From NCBI GenBank assembly GCA_963827275.1, contig CAWHAA010000004.1, positions 128,001 to 192,000 of the forward strand: a stretch of 64,000 nt of DNA, read 5' to 3'. This document shows, piece by piece, positions 1 to 13,381 of this stretch. A program made the position numbers and the translations under genes. Each line of letters opens with the position of its first letter. Positions within the stretch are counted from its first letter, which is position 1. The stretch comes from an uncultured Spirochaetota bacterium (GTDB lineage: Bacteria; Spirochaetota; UBA4802; UBA5550). The notes under the pieces are model-generated. The model made no database searches. It was given only the letters and a program-made list of their open reading frames with translations, and was not told the DNA's origin.

Positions 1-1753
1 CCCTTGAGGAGGGGCTGGTCGGCGATGACACCCACGGTATGCCCCTCCAGGGCCGCCAGCCCGGTTATCAGCGTGGGCCCGGTGATGGGATTGTTCATGT
101 CGCGGAAGAACTCCAGGAACGAGCCGTCGTCGAATACGCGGGTTATCACCGACGCCACCATGTCATAGGGCTCGGCCGCTCTTTCCGGAATTGACGGCGC
201 GGCCGCCGGGGGGCTGAAGGCGGCCGGGGCCTCGAGGGGATCGATCATGGCGATGATCCGGCAGGCCAGGTCGAAGGCCTCATCGAACGAGTCCGCGAGA
301 AAGGTCGCGTTGTTTTCAATGAAGCGCATGTCGGCCGCTGATTCAGTCCTGCTTAAAATGAAGATCAGCGCGTCAGCCGCGCTGTTCAGGTCCGGGGCCT
401 TCAGGCCGTCGGGATGGGTGATCATGTGGACCGTCGTTCCCCCGCCGTTCATGAGCGCGCCGATGAAGTCGATCCGCGGGCGCATCTGCACGTTTTCATG
501 GAAGTCGGGCGTCTGCAGGAACTTCCTTCCGAAGATGAGTATGCGGTGGGAACCGGTGCGCTGCGCGGTCCTCAGGAGCTCCCGGGCCTTGATGACGGAC
601 GCGAGCGAGCGAAGGCCGGAGTGGGTGCGCGGGCCCATGACGAGGACGCGGCGCCCGCCGATGCGGGCGAAGCCGCCGATGAGCGCTTCCGCCGCGTAGT
701 AGTTTTCCTTGAAGGGGCAGAAGAGGCCGTCGTCCACGTTTTGCCTGACCGTCGACTCGCTGAACACAATTGATCCGCCCGCTTTTTCAGGGGCCGGGGG
801 CAGGCGCCGCGCGCGCTGTATGGACGGGAGCTGTTTCCCGGTCCGGAAGACGCCCTGTATCAGCCTGACCGAGCGCACGAGGTGGATCTTGTCGCAGGCG
901 ACGATATCGACAATGCCGGTCCAGGCGCCCAGGATCTTTGCCCCGCCGATGTCGTAGTTCGAGATCTCCTCCCCGATGACGGTCTGGATGACTTTCGAGC
1001 CGGTCAGGACGCGGTACGATTCCTCGGAATCGAGGAGCACCTGGATGGATGCCTGGCTCGACCCGTACACGTCGAGGCCGGCTGACGAGCCGATCCCGAC
1101 CGCGGTGAGCTGGAACGACCGGTGCCTCCGGTCAAGCGAATCATATGAAAGGCCGAAGCCGGCGTTGAGCTCCCCGAACAGTTTCCCGAGCTCCGGGTCG
1201 GCCGTGTGCTCAACGTAGGAGCGGAACGTCGCGCTGCCGGCCCTCCCGGTAAGCAGGGCGTTCATCATGAAGCCCTCCGCGCCCCGGTTCAGGGAGATGA
1301 CCCCTTCCATGATGTTGGCGCCGGCGCTGTCGTTCCACACGTACAGGGGCCAATCGCTCAGGTACGAGAGGTACGCCGCCGCGATGTACTTGAGGCCCTC
1401 GCGGCTCCCCGTGGAGCCGCCGCTCACCCGCGAGTCCTTCATGTAAAAGCAGGCGGGAGCGCCCCCGACGGTGCCGTAGAAGATCTTCGCCCCGACCGGC
1501 CGGGTGATGATGCGGAGCTCGCTGGCCTGGGCCACGTCCGTCTCATCGATCGACGGAACGCGGATCTCCTTCATTGAGCCGGGGTCAAAGCATTCTTCCG
1601 CCCATGCCTCGATGGGCCATTTGCCCGCGTCGAGGAGACGCTGGGTCGCAATGCTCGCCTCTTCCCCGGCGTGGTAGGGGTTTCTCCGGTCCGAGGGGAG
1701 GAGGTATTCAATGACGGTGGCGTCGTTGTTACGATAGATCAGTATGCCGCGTT
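1..1753 (-). CDS. Carboxyltransferase part of a multidomain biotin-dependent acyl-CoA carboxylase; frameshifted continuation of 1729..5292, runs off the window start
   Basis: Manual translation of the minus strand from ~1753 is open to base 1: ERGILIYRNN...MKDSRVSGGSTG...WNDSAGANIMEGV...LTGSKVIQTVIGEEI...GGAKIL...PYDMVASVITRVFDDGSFLEFF...TLITGLAALEGHTVGVIADQP, all carboxyltransferase-type motifs. It is absent from the ORF track, presumably because no stop falls inside the window. Confidence 0.85.
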
Positions 1754-4700
1754 CCCCTGCGCGTCGCGGCAAAGGGCGGCCTGATGTCAAGGGTGGCGAT
1801 CAAGCTGAGCGGCTCCAGGTCATGCGCGCTGTCCAGGCAGGCCGCGCAGAGGCGCTTGAATTCGGCGTATGCAATGGCGCCGGTTTCGCCGGCAGGCTCC
1901 CACGAGAGGCCCAGCCCCACGGCCGTGACTTCGATCCAGCATTGGCCGCGCGCCCCGCAGTCCCGGTAGGCGCGCATGACGCGGGCGGCATCGGCAAAGG
2001 CGTCATCGATGCCCCGGCCGGCCCCTGTCCCGTCAGGAGGTCCCGCCGCCGAGACCGCGAGGTATGAACGCGCCGTGGGATCGTCCGGATGTTCGAGGAG
2101 CAGCATGATGACGCCGGCGATGGGCGAATAGAGGCGCCTGACCCGGTAGTTTTTCTCAAGCGCCGCCATGCGCTCCGGCGGGACGGAATCGTCCGGGCCG
2201 GCGGCCGGGTATTGCGCCCCCGTCCCGGCGCTGTCGAGCGATGCCGAGCACCGGCGCATCTCTTCGTTGCTGAATGCGCCTGGTCCCGGGGCGCCCGGGA
2301 CGGGGAGCGGCCCCGGGCCGTCATGGTCGCCTCCGCGGTAGGCGGAAAAACCGGTCTCCTCGAGGCGCGGGCGCAGGATCGTCTTGATGAATTTCAGGAG
2401 GGAATCGTCGCGCTCGGCCTGCTCCTGCTCCATCAGCCGGGCGAGGGTCGAAAGGGTTTCCTTTCCGGGCCGGCCGGCGCTGGCCACAATGCGCACGATT
2501 TTTTTTATGATATCGGTCTGCTCGAGGCAGAACTGGTATGCCCGCTTGAACAGGACGAAAATGTACTGGCGCGCGAGGGCGTTCATCTCGGATTTGCCGT
2601 CCCACCGGGGCAGGTCATATGATTCAAAGAGTGTTTTCAGGAGAAGGTCAAAGGGACGGAGCGAGGCCGCCGGGGGCCCCTGCCGGCCGGCAAGATACAG
2701 GTTCAGCTCTTCCTGGAACGAAAGGCCTTCGCCGGACACCACCGGAGAAAACAACTTCTTTATGTTCGTGTGATGTATGATGACAGAGTGAAGCAGGCGC
2801 ACGGCTTCGCCGGTCATGGCGCCGTCGTCGATCGCGGCGGGGATCTTCCTGACAGCCCGCTTCAGCGCCTCTATGATTGCGGGCTGATAGACGTATCCCC
2901 GCGCGGCGGCAAGGACCAGCTCGAGGAGTGTCTTGAAATGGGCCGACAGGTTCCCTGCCGCCTCGTCGGCGAATGTCTCGCTCATGAGCAGGTCGAGAAG
3001 CGACGCCGGGGAGGGTCCGCCGGCGCTCCGGGCAGTTCCCTCCGGGGCCGGGGCTTCCGCGCCGGGGGCCTCTTCGGTTTCAATGACCGCGAGGAGCTCG
3101 TTCTCCTGGATGCTCCTCCCGACGGTGCGTCCGCCGGCGGTCCGGGTGGTCTTCAGGCTGGAGGCGTCCCCGTCCCCGATCAGGTACGTAATGCGCCCCG
3201 ATTCGGGCGCGACTATGGTGTTCTCCATTTTCATGGAGGAGAGGATCATGATCGGCTCGCCCGCCGTCACCGCATCGCCGGGGCGCAGCTCGCGGCAGAA
3301 GGAGACGAAGGCCCCCTGAAAGGGCGAGGTGACGTTGCGGACATTCCGCGCTTCGGAGAATTGTTCGGAAACCACCGTGACACGGTAGTAGCGGACCTTG
3401 TTGGACTCGTCCTTCATCCTGAGGTCCATGTAGCCGGTGTGGCGGTTTACCCTGACCCGGAACGAGCTCGACCCGAAGATCAGCAGGAAGTCGTCGCAGC
3501 GGTCGTTCATGGCGGTGAGGATGATGGCGCCGTTGTAGGCGCCCCTGACGAAGCAGTAAAACGTGTCGATCGCGGTCTGGATGAATTCGACCTGGTGGCG
3601 CTGCCCCCGGTATTCGATCGTGTACCGGCTGGGGATGTCGGACGCGGCGGGCGCGTCGATGATGCCCCCCATGCCGGCGATGACGCTGAAGCCGTTGACC
3701 GCTTCCCTGAGGAGGCGAAGGTGCTCGGTGAAGGCCCCGAAGATCACGTGCTTCAGCGCACGGCGGTCGCTTGCCGCCGGCTTCCCGGCGTCCGGCTCCC
3801 TGAAGTTGAGCTCGGCGTTTTCGCGGAGGAGGTTGTTGGTGTAGTCGCCGCGCGCGAATACCGGGTGCCGCACGATCATGAGCAGCTGGCTGATGTTTGT
3901 CTTGACCCCGCTGATATAGAGCTCCTGGAGCGCCCGCTCGAGGCGGATGATCGCCTCCTTCCGCGTCGCGCCGTGGGCGATCAGCTTCCCGATCATCGGG
4001 TCGTACATGGGGAGTATGGCGTCACCCTCCATGAAGCCGAAATCGCACCGGATGCCGTTGAAGGTGGGCAGGTCCATCTCAATGATCGTGCCGGGCGAGG
4101 GGAGGTAATCGTTTTCCGGTTCCTCGGCGTAGATGCGGCATTCGATCGAGTGGTCGTTCTCGGCAATGCGGCCTTTCAGCGTTTCGAGGCCGATGATCTC
4201 CGCTTCGCGCCCGTCGAAGTAGAGGATCTGCCACTTCGCGATGTCGATGCCGAGGGACTGGTCCGTGACCGCGTATTCGACCTGGAGGCGCGTGTTCATC
4301 TCCATGAACCCGATCTTCCCCGTTTCGGTGTCGATGAGGAATTCCACCGTGCCGGCCCCGCCGCCGGCGTAGCCGGACAGGTGCGCTATCTTTTCGGCAG
4401 CGGCCAGGAGCTCGAGGGCCAGGTAGTTGTCGAGAAAGGCGTGCCCGCTCTCCTCGATGATCTTCTGGTGCCGTCGCTGCACGGCGCATTTTCGTAACCC
4501 GATGGCCCAGCCGTTGAATATCTGGACCTCTATGTGGACCGGCTTTTCCAGGTATTTTTCCAGGTAGAACGACGGGTCGCGGTACAGCTCCTCGCCGATG
4601 CGCGCGGCGGACGCGACGGCGCGCGCAAGCTCCGCTTCATCCGCCGCGGGGTAGACCCCCTTGCCCCCGCCCCCGGCGCAGAGCTTCACCATGACGGGGT

Positions 4701-5292
4701 AGCCGATCCGGGCGGCCTCGCGGCGCGCCGCGGCCGCATCATCGCCGGCGATGCCCTCCGAGCTTTCGAAGAGGGGGACGCCGTGCCGGCGCGCCAGGAG
4801 GCGCGCGTTCATCTTGTCCCCCACCAGGCGCATGGTGTCGTGGCGGGGGCCCATGAAGAGGACCCCCTCTCCCCCGGGGCCCTTCATGGACTCAAGTGCT
4901 TCCACGAAATCGACGTTCTCCGACAGGAAGCCGTACCCGGAATAGACCGCGTTCGCCCTGGAGAGGAGCGTTGCGGCGATGATGAAGGGGATGCTCGCGT
5001 AGTTTTCATGGTCGCCGATGAAGACCACCTCGTCGGCGAATTCATACCAGGACTGGCCGCGGTCGGGATCGGTGACCACCGCGACCGAGGGGATCCCTTC
5101 CTCGTGGAGGGCAAGGAAAAATCGCTTGGCGATCTCGCCGCGGTTTGCGACCAGCACCTTCTGGAGCCGGTGCCGCCGCGGTCCTGATGCGGGGCGGCCG
5201 TCCGTTTTTCGGCTCCCGGCAATGCTCGGGTTCAGCCCGTGGAGGACCTTCAGCGATGCGTCGATTTCGTTCTGTATTACGTCGTATTCCAT
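1729..5292 (-). CDS. Biotin carboxylase + BCCP + central region of a single-chain acyl-CoA carboxylase (frameshift at ~1754-1757)
   Basis: KVLVANRGEIA, GYGFLSEN, GGGGKG, QRRHQKIIEE, EMNTRLQVE, YDPMIGKLI (biotin carboxylase) and the SSMKME biotinylation motif. Confidence 0.92.
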   Translation of the reverse strand: MEYDVIQNEIDASLKVLHGLNPSIAGSRKTDGRPASGPRRHRLQKVLVANRGEIAKRFFLALHEEGIPSVAVVTDPDRGQSWYEFADEVVFIGDHENYASIPFIIAATLLSRANAVYSGYGFLSENVDFVEALESMKGPGGEGVLFMGPRHDTMRLVGDKMNARLLARRHGVPLFESSEGIAGDDAAAARREAARIGYPVMVKLCAGGGGKGVYPAADEAELARAVASAARIGEELYRDPSFYLEKYLEKPVHIEVQIFNGWAIGLRKCAVQRRHQKIIEESGHAFLDNYLALELLAAAEKIAHLSGYAGGGAGTVEFLIDTETGKIGFMEMNTRLQVEYAVTDQSLGIDIAKWQILYFDGREAEIIGLETLKGRIAENDHSIECRIYAEEPENDYLPSPGTIIEMDLPTFNGIRCDFGFMEGDAILPMYDPMIGKLIAHGATRKEAIIRLERALQELYISGVKTNISQLLMIVRHPVFARGDYTNNLLRENAELNFREPDAGKPAASDRRALKHVIFGAFTEHLRLLREAVNGFSVIAGMGGIIDAPAASDIPSRYTIEYRGQRHQVEFIQTAIDTFYCFVRGAYNGAIILTAMNDRCDDFLLIFGSSSFRVRVNRHTGYMDLRMKDESNKVRYYRVTVVSEQFSEARNVRNVTSPFQGAFVSFCRELRPGDAVTAGEPIMILSSMKMENTIVAPESGRITYLIGDGDASSLKTTRTAGGRTVGRSIQENELLAVIETEEAPGAEAPAPEGTARSAGGPSPASLLDLLMSETFADEAAGNLSAHFKTLLELVLAAARGYVYQPAIIEALKRAVRKIPAAIDDGAMTGEAVRLLHSVIIHHTNIKKLFSPVVSGEGLSFQEELNLYLAGRQGPPAASLRPFDLLLKTLFESYDLPRWDGKSEMNALARQYIFVLFKRAYQFCLEQTDIIKKIVRIVASAGRPGKETLSTLARLMEQEQAERDDSLLKFIKTILRPRLEETGFSAYRGGDHDGPGPLPVPGAPGPGAFSNEEMRRCSASLDSAGTGAQYPAAGPDDSVPPERMAALEKNYRVRRLYSPIAGVIMLLLEHPDDPTARSYLAVSAAGPPDGTGAGRGIDDAFADAARVMRAYRDCGARGQCWIEVTAVGLGLSWEPAGETGAIAYAEFKRLCAACLDSAHDLEPLSLIATLDIRPPFAATRRGTRHTDLS

Positions 5293-5394
5293 GTGCGTCA
5301 GGGGCTATTATGGGTACAGGCTTGTTTTAAACTCAATACAATTTCCGGTTCGATCAGCAAATTCTTGCGGCGATCCGTCCCGCCGGGGGAGTAT

Positions 5395-5637
5395 TCACCG
5401 TTTCCTGCTGCCGCGCCGCCGGACCACGTAGGAGTAGAGGAATGCGAACGAGAGGATGAACAGGACAACGCCCCATGTGCGCGTCGCCTCGTGCTTTATC
5501 ATGTATATGCTGGCTATCACCACGGCAAGGATTATCAGTATGTTCAGCAGCCTGCGCAGGGCTTTTGAAAGGCGTTCGGCGCCGGTCTCCATGCCGCCTG
5601 TTGCCGCGTTAATGAGTTTGTCAATATTGATCTTCAT
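5395..5637 (-). CDS. Small membrane protein (2 TM)
   Basis: ATG at 5637 preceded by AGGA. 80 aa with two hydrophobic helices and a basic C-terminus. Confidence 0.6.
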   Translation of the reverse strand: MKINIDKLINAATGGMETGAERLSKALRRLLNILIILAVVIASIYMIKHEATRTWGVVLFILSFAFLYSYVVRRRGSRKR

Positions 5638-5698
5638 CGTTTCCTGTTTATACCAGCCTGATGACAGGGATAGAACCATTGGCGCATATTTCAATAAC

Positions 5699-5730
5699 AA
5701 AAAAAAAGGGGGCGTAACGCCCCCTTTTTT
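5699..5730 (-). terminator. Intrinsic terminator of hppA (potentially bidirectional)
   Basis: A9-GGGGGCG-TAA-CGCCCCC-T6, immediately downstream of the hppA stop. Confidence 0.9.
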
Positions 5731-5753
5731 GTAACTATATCAGAAAACCAGGA

Positions 5754-8111
<2,358 letters not shown>

Positions 8112-8594
8112 AGAATCACCTCTTATTGTAGAATTTTAGGTACCAAATTAAACTAAGCAATGAGCAATTAATGTGCGTATGGCCCACAGCTTGAATAATA
8201 TGCTATATAAAGGATGCGGCCGACCGGGACAACAGTTTATATACGGTCACATCTTAAAACAACTGCATTTTTGAGAGTATAGGGCTGTTTGTTCACAACA
8301 AGCCTTAATAAGGGAACTCCTTTGTTATTATTTTTGATGTTTCCCTGTTATTTTTCCATAAGCGAAAATAAACCGGTATTGTCAACAAATTTAACGGTAT
8401 AAGGCATAACCAAAAAGGGGGAAATTTATATTATTGATTTGACATGACCGGTGTTTTTAAAATTTTTGTAAGAGGCGCTTTCTGGTATAACGGTATGCGT
8501 CGCTGGCGGACGCGACCATGGTGGGTGGATGTTCTACGCTCAAAAAAAATGTGCCGGTATGCGTGATTTTTTATGTTTTTAAGGAGCGAATAGC

Positions 8595-10109
8595 ATGAAA
8601 AAAATGCTCATTTCGATTTTTGCGTTTATGTTGGTATTATATGCGGTGCCGGCAGTCATGGCCGTTCAGGAATCAGCACAAAAGCAGATCTCTGCGACAG
8701 ATCAGGCACTACAAGAAAAGGCGGCTGAACATGCAGACGCCGAGAAAGAAGGCTCGCAGCATGCGGGCGGTGACCTGGGCACCTCATTGTCTCTCTGGTG
8801 GGTCCTGCCGTTCGCGGGCATTCTTCTTTCAATTGCCCTGTTCCCCCTCCTGGCGCCCCATTTCTGGCACCATCATTACCCGAAGGTGTCCGCCTTCTGG
8901 GCCCTGGTCATGGCCGTCCCCTTTGTGTTTTTCTACAAAGGCGTGGCGATCCATGATATCGCCCATATCTATATCATCGATTATATCCCGTTTATTATCC
9001 TTCTCTGGTCGCTCTTCACCATTGCGGGGGGGATATATGTCAAGGGCACCCTCAAGGGAAGCCCCATGGTGAACACGGTAATACTTGTTATCGGCACGAT
9101 TCTTGCTTCCTGGATAGGGACCACGGGAGCGTCCATGCTCCTCATCCGGCCGATACTCCGGTCAAACGCCTGGCGGAAGCACAAGGTGCACACGATCGTT
9201 TTCTTCATTTTCCTGGTGAGCAATATCGGCGGCTCCCTCACTCCGCTGGGAGATCCTCCCCTGTTCCTGGGATTCCTCCATGGCGTGCCCTTTTTCTGGA
9301 CCATGCATATCTTTCCGCACATGGTGTTTGTATCACTGATTCTGCTGGTCCTGTACTTCCTGTTGGATTCGTACTATTATAAAAAAGAAGACAAGTCTCT
9401 TATGGCCACCGGCGAGAAGGAGCCTCTTAAAATCGAAGGCGCCCATAACTTTCTCTTTCTGGGCGGTGTGATCGGCGGTGTGCTCCTGAGCGGGCTCGTT
9501 AAAATGGGAGAGGTGAACATTTTCGGCATACACCAGGCTATCGAGAACCTGCTGAAGGACGGGATCCTGATCCTCATGGGCCTCATCTCCCTCAAAACGA
9601 CGAAAGATATCATCCGTAAGGAGAATGAATTCACCTGGGCCCCGATCCTGGAGGTCGCCTACCTCTTCGCCGGCATATTCATGACCATCATCCCGGCCCT
9701 GGCCATACTGAAGGCCGGTGAAAGCGGCGCGCTGGCGATCCTGATCAAATCGACCGAGAAACCGGCCCACTATTTCTGGGCGACGGGGGCCCTGTCGAGC
9801 TTCCTGGACAATGCGCCCACGTACCTCACCTTCTTCAACAGCGCGCTGGGCAAGTTTTATCCCGGCATGACCGAGGCGGAGGCGGTGGCGAAGCTGATCG
9901 TGGAAAAGGTCGATTACCTTGCGGCCATATCGGCCGGCGCCGTGTTCATGGGCGCGAACACCTACATCGGCAACGCTCCCAACTTCATGGTCAAGTCGAT
10001 CGCCGAGGAATCCGGCGTGAAGATGCCGAGCTTTTTCGGATACATGTTCAAGTACTCTATTCCGATGCTGGTGGCGGTGTTCGTCATCGTTACGCTGGTG
10101 TTCTTTTAG
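8595..10109 (+). CDS. Sodium:proton antiporter (IT superfamily, CitMHS_2/NhaD-like)
   Basis: Multi-TM protein with IGTTGASMLLIRP, NIGGSLTPLGDPPLFLGF, SSFLDNAPTY and TYIGNAPNFMV. AAGGAG RBS. Confidence 0.88.
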   Translation: MKKMLISIFAFMLVLYAVPAVMAVQESAQKQISATDQALQEKAAEHADAEKEGSQHAGGDLGTSLSLWWVLPFAGILLSIALFPLLAPHFWHHHYPKVSAFWALVMAVPFVFFYKGVAIHDIAHIYIIDYIPFIILLWSLFTIAGGIYVKGTLKGSPMVNTVILVIGTILASWIGTTGASMLLIRPILRSNAWRKHKVHTIVFFIFLVSNIGGSLTPLGDPPLFLGFLHGVPFFWTMHIFPHMVFVSLILLVLYFLLDSYYYKKEDKSLMATGEKEPLKIEGAHNFLFLGGVIGGVLLSGLVKMGEVNIFGIHQAIENLLKDGILILMGLISLKTTKDIIRKENEFTWAPILEVAYLFAGIFMTIIPALAILKAGESGALAILIKSTEKPAHYFWATGALSSFLDNAPTYLTFFNSALGKFYPGMTEAEAVAKLIVEKVDYLAAISAGAVFMGANTYIGNAPNFMVKSIAEESGVKMPSFFGYMFKYSIPMLVAVFVIVTLVFF

Positions 10110-10195
10110 ATAGATGTCCCCGGGCGCCGGCATGCCGGTACGGTACCGCCGGCGCTTGAATTCTATATTTACTATCTATTACAGCGAGGTGTGCT

Positions 10196-10615
10196 ATGGT
10201 AACATTTAAAAATATTCTTTTTCCGATTAATCTTGATTCAACCAATTTGTCGTTTGTAAAGAAAGTCCTGGATATGGCCCTGCAGCTCAAGGGGCGTCTC
10301 CATATCCTGTATGTCAATGATGAGCAGGCGGGGTACCGTCATCCGACCGACCGCGAGGACGCAGTTGCGCTCAAGGTCCAGGAAGCGGTCCCGGAAGATA
10401 TCCTGAACAGGATATCGCCCGTGTACGCGGTCGCGAAAGGGAACCTGGCGGAACAGATCGAGGCGTATTGCAAGAAAGAGGCGATCGAGCTTATCATAGT
10501 GGGCCACAAGCAGCGAAGCGCTTTTTACCGCGCCGTGTTTGACAGCCCGGACGTAAACATTATCGACTCGGTGAACATCCCGATCCTGGTGATTCCGAAA
10601 AAAATGGAAGAGTAG
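10196..10615 (+). CDS. Universal stress protein
   Basis: FKNILFPI N-terminus, ELIIVG and C-terminal IPILVIP; 139 aa. Confidence 0.85.
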   Translation: MVTFKNILFPINLDSTNLSFVKKVLDMALQLKGRLHILYVNDEQAGYRHPTDREDAVALKVQEAVPEDILNRISPVYAVAKGNLAEQIEAYCKKEAIELIIVGHKQRSAFYRAVFDSPDVNIIDSVNIPILVIPKKMEE

Positions 10616-10636
10616 GGGACCGGCCCCCGCGCCCGG

Positions 10637-12349
10637 CTACCGGGCGGGGAACCGGATGGTGAACCGCGTCCCACCCTCGACGGCAAGCTCCACTGTCGCG
10701 CCGATCTGGCGGGCAAGGGCGTCGATGATCTGCATGCCCATGGATGTCTTCCGGCTTGCCTCGAACAGCCCCGGGGGCATCCCCGGGCCGTTGTCCGCGA
10801 TTATGAGGGTTACCGTACCGCCGGTCTCGTGCAGCTCGAGGTCGATGACGGTTTCTTCCGCTTCCCTGCGGCCATGCTTGACCGCATTGGTGAGCAGTTC
10901 GTTTATGAGAAGGCCGCAGGGGATGGCGATGTCGATGCCCATGAAGATCGGGTCCATCCTGTGGTTGATGCGGATCTTTCCGTCCCTGCCTGATTGGAGC
11001 GCCACCAGGTCGCGGGACAGCTCATCGATGTATGCGGACATGTCAACCCTGGAAAAATTTTCCGTGCTGTAGATCTTCTCGTGGATGCTCGCCATGGAAT
11101 GGATGCGGCCCACCGCGTCTTTCAACGCCTGGCCGGCCTGCGGGTCCTTCACCGAATCCACCTGCATGTTCAGCAGGCTTGATATGATCTGCATGTTGTT
11201 CTTTACCCTGTGGTGGATCTCCCGGATGAGGACGATCTTTTCCTGGAGCGACTCGTTCAGCGCTTTTTCCGACTGCTTCCTGAGGCCGATGTCACGGACC
11301 ACCGCCAGGAGCACGGTGTGCCCCCTGCGCCTGAGGGCCTTGAGGCCCACCTCGGTAAACAATGCGGACCCGTCTCCCGGCCTCCGCACCTCCCACTCGA
11401 ACATCACCTCCCTGCCGCCGGCGACCCTTTGCCACAGCGCGCGGACGGAACCCGTGTCAAGGGGGTCCTTCGACAGGTCGGCAATCGCGAGAGAAAGGGC
11501 CTCCGCACGGCTCAGCCTGAACATTTCGAGCATGCGCTCATTGACGTCGAGGATCTTTCCGTCAAGATCGTACACGATCATGGCGTCATGGACGCTGTTG
11601 AAGATCGCAAGGAGGTCCGCCTCTGACGCGCGCAGTAATTCCTCGGACCGGAGCAGCTCCTCGTTCTGCGCCTCGAACTCCTCGTTGGAAGAGGTCAGCT
11701 CCTCCATGGCGGCCTGCAGCTCCATGTTCGACCGCTGGAGCGCGGTATTGCTCAGCTCCATCTGCTCGAATGCCCTGGCGTTGATGGACAGGATGTTGTA
11801 GGATACGATCGTGGTGAACAACAGCGTCATAGTGCTGTCGGCCAGGAAATCGGTGAATGTGCTGTCCGACAGCCCCAGGGAAGAGCGGAAATAAAACATG
11901 AAAAAAAACAGCAGGCAGGCATTGACGCCGGCATATACCAGGACGGCGGATTTCCTCCGGGAGATGAATATCGGCGTTGATGACAGAACGCCGATCGCCA
12001 GGAGAAACGTGTCCAGCCTCGAAACGACATCAAGCTTGTCGAGGAACATTACAGACCAGATTGCAGCGAACAGGACAAAGACGGTGATGTGCGCCGCTGC
12101 CTGAAAATGTCCCCTGATGCAGAGGGCGAAAGAGGCGATGATGACGAGATAGAGGGCGGCCTCGATTGAGACCACCGCCGGATTTATCGAATAGTTGTTT
12201 GCCGGGTTGTTCATCTGGACATAGATGGAATAGATGGCCACGAACGGCATGAGGAGGAGAATCGTGATGAAAAGATAGAGCAGAAAGCGCGCCTTGAGCT
12301 TGATGACTATGTTCTCATTTTCATATCTCTTGAGAAGGGTCTCTATCAT
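10637..12349 (-). CDS. Membrane sensor histidine kinase with PAS domain (HisKA_2 type)
   Basis: N-terminal TM region, SNEEFEAQNEEL coiled coil, PAS (IFNSVHDAMIVYD), EIHHRVKNNMQ H-box, NELLTNAVKH and DNGPG. Confidence 0.92.
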   Translation of the reverse strand: MIETLLKRYENENIVIKLKARFLLYLFITILLLMPFVAIYSIYVQMNNPANNYSINPAVVSIEAALYLVIIASFALCIRGHFQAAAHITVFVLFAAIWSVMFLDKLDVVSRLDTFLLAIGVLSSTPIFISRRKSAVLVYAGVNACLLFFFMFYFRSSLGLSDSTFTDFLADSTMTLLFTTIVSYNILSINARAFEQMELSNTALQRSNMELQAAMEELTSSNEEFEAQNEELLRSEELLRASEADLLAIFNSVHDAMIVYDLDGKILDVNERMLEMFRLSRAEALSLAIADLSKDPLDTGSVRALWQRVAGGREVMFEWEVRRPGDGSALFTEVGLKALRRRGHTVLLAVVRDIGLRKQSEKALNESLQEKIVLIREIHHRVKNNMQIISSLLNMQVDSVKDPQAGQALKDAVGRIHSMASIHEKIYSTENFSRVDMSAYIDELSRDLVALQSGRDGKIRINHRMDPIFMGIDIAIPCGLLINELLTNAVKHGRREAEETVIDLELHETGGTVTLIIADNGPGMPPGLFEASRKTSMGMQIIDALARQIGATVELAVEGGTRFTIRFPAR

Positions 12350-12461
12350 AGCGGCGCGCCTCGCACATGATCGGTTTTTTCGGGAAAGGCCTCATCCCTC
12401 ATCTGTCCACTGATTTTATCGGGGCCGCGGTTATTAGTCAAACCCTTTATGCGCCGCGGCA

Positions 12462-13343
12462 TCAGTCCGGTTTTTTCCCCAGGAACTCCTCGAAATGGTA
12501 CCACTGGACCGGGTATTCGCGCGCCTTCGCCGCAAGGATGTCCGCGTAGCGCTGGGCCGATTCCCGGACCGCCCGCTCCCTGTCGCGCCGGGAGGCGGCG
12601 GTGACGCTGATCGGCCCGTCAATGGAGAAGTGGTATCTCCCGGGACCGGTGCGGAAGGCGAAGAAGAGGAACAGGGGCGCCCCGGCGAGGAGGGCGATGC
12701 TGTGCGGCGCTTCGGGAAGGAGCGCGCGGTGCCCGAGGAAGCTGACCGGGACGGCCCGCTGGGAGGGGGTCCAGAGACGGTCGCCGGTGAGCGAAACCAG
12801 GCCCCCTTCTTTCAAGAACCTGAGCCCCTCCAGAATGTCAAAGGGAGACCCCCCGTCCTCACCGACCGATACGATGGTCAGGCCGTTTTCCGCCAGGCTC
12901 TCCTTCTGCATCTTTTCTATCTGCTCCTTTTCCCGCGCCCCCATGTAGAGGAGGAGGCGAAGGCCGCGTTTCCGGAGCAGGTGGGCGGCCACGTCCCAGT
13001 TGCCCATGTGCGACATCAGCACGACGCCGCCGGTCCCGCCGCTCACCGCCCGCTCGAGGAGCTCCCATCCCTCCGAGGTGAACGATATGTCGCCGCCCGA
13101 CTGGAGCAGGAACCGGTCGAGGAACACGTCGGTGAAGCCGTGGAACTGGCGCCAGGTGCAGCGCAGTGCGTGGAGCCGGCCCCGCTCGGGGAAGAGGGCC
13201 CGGTAGAAGCGGACCCCGATTCCAACGCGACGCGGGAAGAATATAAAGTAGCCTGTTGAGACAAAACGCGAGAAGACCCTGAACACCCAGGCGCCGAATA
13301 TGCGGGTGAAGAGGGTCAGGGTTTTGTAGAAGAGCGCTATCAT
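12462..13343 (-). CDS. Lysophospholipid/LpxL-like acyltransferase
   Basis: SHMGNWD catalytic motif, GDR, FLG..ALLPEAP and YPVQWYHF. Start may instead be 13352. Confidence 0.88.
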   Translation of the reverse strand: MIALFYKTLTLFTRIFGAWVFRVFSRFVSTGYFIFFPRRVGIGVRFYRALFPERGRLHALRCTWRQFHGFTDVFLDRFLLQSGGDISFTSEGWELLERAVSGGTGGVVLMSHMGNWDVAAHLLRKRGLRLLLYMGAREKEQIEKMQKESLAENGLTIVSVGEDGGSPFDILEGLRFLKEGGLVSLTGDRLWTPSQRAVPVSFLGHRALLPEAPHSIALLAGAPLFLFFAFRTGPGRYHFSIDGPISVTAASRRDRERAVRESAQRYADILAAKAREYPVQWYHFEEFLGKKPD

Positions 13344-13381
13344 TGGTTCCATGCCGCAGGCGGGGTCACGTGACCCCGCAA

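Noticed and set aside
2770..4497. 575-aa plus-strand ORF and other long antisense ORFs (e.g. 14724..15893, 45999..47561, 49055..50251)
   Set aside because: These are shadow frames of GC-rich genes with clear motifs on the opposite strand.
8112..8594. Riboswitch upstream of hppA or the antiporter
   Set aside because: No consensus I can recognise by eye; it needs a covariance-model search.
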